64,000 nucleotides of DNA, taken from positions 151,094,001 to 151,158,000 of the forward strand of contig OZ024740.1 in the NCBI GenBank assembly GCA_964016885.1. The letters run 5' to 3'. The notes beneath the pieces are model-generated. The model did not search any database and was not told the origin of the DNA. It was given only the letters and a program-made list of their open reading frames with translations. Both the position numbers and the translations under genes were made by a program. The stretch comes from Eledone cirrhosa (taxonomy: Eukaryota). Each line of letters begins with the position of its first letter. The first letter of the stretch is position 1. Below, piece by piece: positions 59,163 through 64,000 of this stretch.

Positions 59163-62100
59163 CTTATGTGATGGTTGTAATTGGTGTGTTGGTTGTGACT
59201 TATGTGATGGTTGTAATTGGTGTGTTGGTTGTGGCTTATGTGATGGTTGTAATTGGTGTGTTGGTTGTGGCTTATGTGATGGTTGTAATTGGTGTGTTGG
59301 TTGTGGCTTATGTAATGGTTGTAATTGGTGTGTTGGTCGTGGCTTATGTGATGGTTGTAATTGGTGTGTTCGTTGTGGCTTATGTAATGGTTGTAATTGG
59401 TGTGTTGGTTGTGGCTTATGTAATGGTTGTAATTGGTGTGTTGGTTGTGGCTTATGTGATGGTTGTAATTGGTGTGTTGGTTGTGACTTATGTAATGGGT
59501 GTAATTGGTGTGTTGGTTGTGACTTATGTAATGGGTGTAATTGGTGTGTTGGTTGTGACTTATGTGATGGTTGTAATTGGTGTGTTGGTTGTGACTTATG
59601 TGATGGTTGTAATTGGTGTGTTGGTTGTGGTTTATGTGATGGTTGTAATTGGTGTGTTGGTTGTGGCTTATGTAATGGTTGTAATTGGTGTGTTGGTTGT
59701 GGCTTATGTGATGGTTGTAATTGGTGTGTTGATTGTGGCTTATGTAATGGTTGTAATTGGTGTGTTGGTTGTGGTTAATGTAATGGTTGTAATTGGTGTG
59801 TTGGTTGTGGCTTATGTGATGGTTGTAATTGGTGTGTTGGTTGTGACTTATGTAATGGGTGTAATTGGTGTGTTGGTTGTGGCTTATGTAATGGTTGTAA
59901 TTGGTGTGTTGGTTGTGGCTTATGTGATGGTTGTAATTGGTGTGTTGGTTGTGGCTTATGTGATGGTTGTAATTGGTGTGTTGGTTGTGACTTATGTGAT
60001 GGTTGTAATTGGTGTGTTGGTTGTGGCTTATGTAATGGTTGTAATTGGTGTGTTGGTTGTGGCTTATGTAATGGTTGTAATTGGTGTGTTGGTTGTGACT
60101 TATGTGATGGTTGTAATTGGTGTGTTGGTTGTGGCTTATGTGATGGTTGTAATTGGTGTGTTGGTTGTGGCTTATGTGATGGTTGTAATTGGTGTGTTGG
60201 TTGTGGCTTATGTGATGGTTGTAATTGGTGTGTTGGTTGTGACTTATGTGATGGTTGTAATTGGTGTGTTGGTTGTGACTTATGTAATGGTTGTAATTGG
60301 TGTGTTGGTTGTGGCTTATGTGATGGTTGTAATTGGTGTGTTGGTTGTGACTTATGTGATGGTTGTAATTGGTGTGTTGGTTGTGACTTATGTGATGGTT
60401 GTAATTGGTGTGTTGGTTGTGGCTTATGTAATGGTTGTAATTGGTGTGTTGGTTGTGACTTATGTAATGGTTGTAATTGGTGTGTTGGTTGTGACTTATG
60501 TAATGGTTGTAATTGGTGTGTTGGTTGTGGCTTATGTAATGGTTGTAATTGGTGTGTTGGTTGTGGCTTATGTAATGGTTGTAATTGGTGTGTTGGTTGT
60601 GGCTTATGTAATGGTTGTAATTGGTGTGTTGGTTGTGGCTTATGTAATGGTTGTAATTGGTGTGTTGGTTGTGGTTAATGTAATGGGTGTAATTGGTGTG
60701 TTGGTTGTGGCTTATGTGATGGTTGTAATTGGTGTGTTGGTTGTGGCTTATGTGATGGTTGTAATTGGTGTGTTGGTTGTGGCTTATGTAATGGTTGTAA
60801 TTGGTGTGTTGGTTGTGGTTAATGTAATGGTTGTAATTGGTGTGTTGGTTGTGGCTTATGTGATGGTTGTAATTGGTGTGTTGGTTGTGACTTATGTAAT
60901 GGGTGTAATTGGTGTGTTGGTTGTGGCTTATGTGATGGTTGTAATTGGTGTGTTGGTTGTGGCTTATGTAATGGTTGTAATTGGTGTGTTGGTTGTGGTT
61001 TATGTAATGGTTGTAATCAGTGTGTTGGTTGTGGCTTATGTAATGGTTGTAATTGGTGTGTTGGTTGTGGCTTATGTAATGGTTGTAATTGGTGTGTTGG
61101 TTGTGGTTTATGTAATGGTTGTAATCAGTGTGTTGGTTGTGGCTTATGTGATGGTTGTAATTGGTGTGTTGGTTGTGGCTTATGTGATGGTTGTAATTGG
61201 TGTGTTGGTTGTGGCTTATGTGATGGTTGTAATTGGTGTGTTGGTTGTGACTTATGTGATGGTTGTAATTGGTGTGTTGGTTGTGGCTTATGTGATGGTT
61301 GTAATTGGTGTGTTGGTTGTGGCTTATGTAATGGTTGTAATTGGTGTGTTGGTTGTGGCTTATGTGATGGTTGTAATTGGTGTGTTGGTTGTGGCTTATG
61401 TGATGGTTGTAATTGGTGTGTTGGTTGTGGCTTATGTAATGGTTGTAATTGGTGTGTTGGTTGTGACTTATGTGATGGGTGTAATTGGTGTGTTGGTTGT
61501 GACTTATGTGATGGTTGTAATTGGTGTGTTGGTTGTGACTTATGTGATGGTTGTAATTGGTGTGTTGGTTGTGGCTTATGTAATGGTTGTAATTGGTGTG
61601 TTGGTTGTGACTTATGTAATGGGTGTAATTGGTGTGTTGGTTGTGGCTTATGTGATGGTTGTAATTGGTGTGTTGGTTGTGGCTTATGTAATGGTTGTAA
61701 TTGGTGTGTTGGTTGTGACTTATGTGATGGGTGTAATTGGTGTGTTGGTTGTGACTTATGTGATGGTTGTAATTGGTGTGTTGGTTGTGACTTATGTGAT
61801 GGTTGTAATTGGTGTGTTGGTTGTGGCTTATGTAATGGTTGTAATTGGTGTGTTGGTTGTGGCTTATGTAATGGTTGTAATTGGTGTGTTGGTTGTGACT
61901 TATGTAATGGGTGTAATTGGTGTGTTGGTTGTGGCTTATGTAATGGTTGTAATTGGTGTGTTGGTTGTGGCTTATGTAATGGTTGTAATTGGTGTGTTGG
62001 TTGTGGCTTATGTGATGGTTGTAATTGGTGTGTTGGTTGTGGTTAATGTAATGGTTGTAATTGGTGTGTTGGTTGTGGCTTATGTGATGGTTGTAATTGG

Positions 62101-64000
62101 TGTGTTGGTTGTGGTTTATGTAATGGTTGTAATTGGTGTGTTGGTTGTGGCTTATGTAATGGTTGTAATTGGTGTGTTGGTTGTGGTTAATGTAATGGTT
62201 GTAATTGGTGTGTTGGTTGTGGCTTATGTGATGGTTGTAATTGGTGTGTTGGTTGTGACTTATGTGATGGTTGTAATTGGTGTGTTGGTTGTGACTTATG
62301 TAATGGTTGTAATTGGTGTGTTGGTTGTGGCTTATGTGATGGTTGTAATTGGTGTGTTGGTTGTGGCTTATGTAATGGTTGTAATTGGTGTGTTGGTTGT
62401 GGCTTATGTAATGGTTGTAATTGGTGTGTTGGTTGTGGCTTATGTAATGGTTGTAATTGGTGTGTTGGTTGTGGTTAATGTAATGGTTGTAATTGGTGTG
62501 TTGGTTGTGGCTTATGTGATGGTTGTTATTGGTGTGTTGGTTGTGGCTTATGTGATGGTTGTAATTGGTGTGTTGGTTGTGACTTATGTAATGGTTGTAA
62601 TTGGTGTGTTGGTTGTGGCTTATGTGATGGTTGTAATTGGTGTGTTGGTTGTGGCTTATGTAATGGTTGTAATTGGTGTGTTGGTTGTGGCTTATGTAAT
62701 GGTTGTAATTGGTGTGTTGGTTGTGACTTATGTAATGGTTGTAATTGGTGTGTTGGTTGTGGCTTATGTAATGGTTGTAATTGGTGTGTTGGTTGTGGCT
62801 TATGTAATGGTTGTAATTGGTGTGTTGGTTGTGACTTATGTAATGGTTGTAATTGGTGTGTTGGTTGTGGCTTATGTAATGGTTGTAATTGGTGTGTTGG
62901 TTGTGGCTTATGTAATGGTTGTAATTGGTGTGTTGGTTGTGGCTTATGTAATGGTTGTAATTGGTGTGTTGGTTGTGGCTTATGTAATGGTTGTAATTGG
63001 TGTGTTGGTTGTGACTTATGTAATGGTTGTAATTGGTGTGTTGGTTGTGACTTATGTAATGGTTGTAATTGGTGTGTTGGTTGTGGCTTATGTGATGGTT
63101 GTAATTGGTGTGTTGGTTGTGGCTTATGTGATGGTTGTAATTGGTGTGTTGGTTGTGACTTATGTAATGGTTGTAATTGGTGTGTTGGTTGTGGCTTATG
63201 TGATGGTTGTAATTGGTGTGTTGGTTGTGACTTATGTAATGGTTGTAATTGGTGTGTTGGTTGTGGCTTATGTAATGGTTGTAATTGGTGTGTTGGTTGT
63301 GGCTTATGTGATGGTTGTAATTGGTGTGTTGGTTGTGACTTATGTGATGGGTGTAATTGGTGTGTTGGTTGTGGCTTATGTGATGGGTGTAATTGGTGTG
63401 TTGGTTGTGGCTTATGTAATGGTTGTAATTGGTGTGTTGGTTGTGGCTTATGTAATGGTTGTAATTGGTGTGTTGGTTGTGGCTTATGTGATGGTTGTAA
63501 TTGGTGTGTTGGTTGTGACTTATGTGATGGTTGTAATTGGTGTGTTGGTTGTGGCTTATGTGATGGTTGTAATTGGTGTGTTGGTTGTGACTTATGTGAT
63601 GGTTGTAATTGGTGTGTTGGTTGTGGCTTATGTGATGGTTGTAATTGGTGTGTTGGTAGTGGCTTATGTAATGGTTGTAATTGGTGTGTTGGTTGTGACT
63701 TATGTAATGGGTGTAATTGGTGTGTTGGTTGTGGCTTATGTAATGGTTGTAATTGGTGTGTTGGTTGTGACTTATGTAATGGGTGTAATTGGTGTGTTGG
63801 TTGTGGCTTATGTGATGGTTGTAATTGGTGTGTTGGTTGTGGCTTATGTAATGGTTGTAATTGGTGTGTTGGTTGTGGTTTATGTAATGGGTGTAATTGG
63901 TGTGTTGGATGTGGCTTATGTGATGGTTGTAATTGGTGTGTTGGTTGTGGCTTATGTAATGGGTGTAATTGGTGTGTTGGATGTGGCTTATGTGATGGTT
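59163..64000. repeat. 36-bp G/T-rich minisatellite (GGTTGTAATTGGTGTGTTGGTTGTGRCTTATGTRAT)n, continuing past the window end
   Basis: Line pattern recurs every 180 bp (5 units); about 134 units in the window. Confidence 0.97.

Noticed and set aside
59163-64000. 36-bp repeat as a CRISPR array or metallothionein-like gene
   Set aside because: No spacers or cas genes and a eukaryotic context; the Cys frame has TAA stops and no start

Overview
Gene-free, very AT-rich animal DNA. The SINE family and (TA)n load resemble a cephalopod/octopus genome (inference). Nearly all track ORFs are translations of microsatellites, and I see no supportable host gene. The window is a nest of retroelements inserted in simple repeats: a near full-length frameshifted Penelope-like element (Naiad-type RT + GIY-YIG) with an inverted 5' pseudo-LTR; further Naiad-, Neptune- and Penelope-type fragments; R4/Dong-like RLE LINE 3' ends arrayed in (TAA)n; CRE-like RLE LINE fragments; an L1/Tx1-like 3' end; a non-coding LTR element; tRNA-derived SINEs; and a 36-bp minisatellite running off the right end. 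The main hidden signal is about 26 type I hammerhead ribozyme (HHR) motifs of about 9 sequence families, found by eye. They include variant cores (UUGAUAA, CCGANGA), very long stem II inserts, and a 593-nt retrozyme-like monomer with an 86-bp terminal redundancy. Inverted pairs and (TA)n-centred fold-back duplications are pervasive. All calls were made by reading the sequence; boundaries are approximate and family names rest on remembered motifs.
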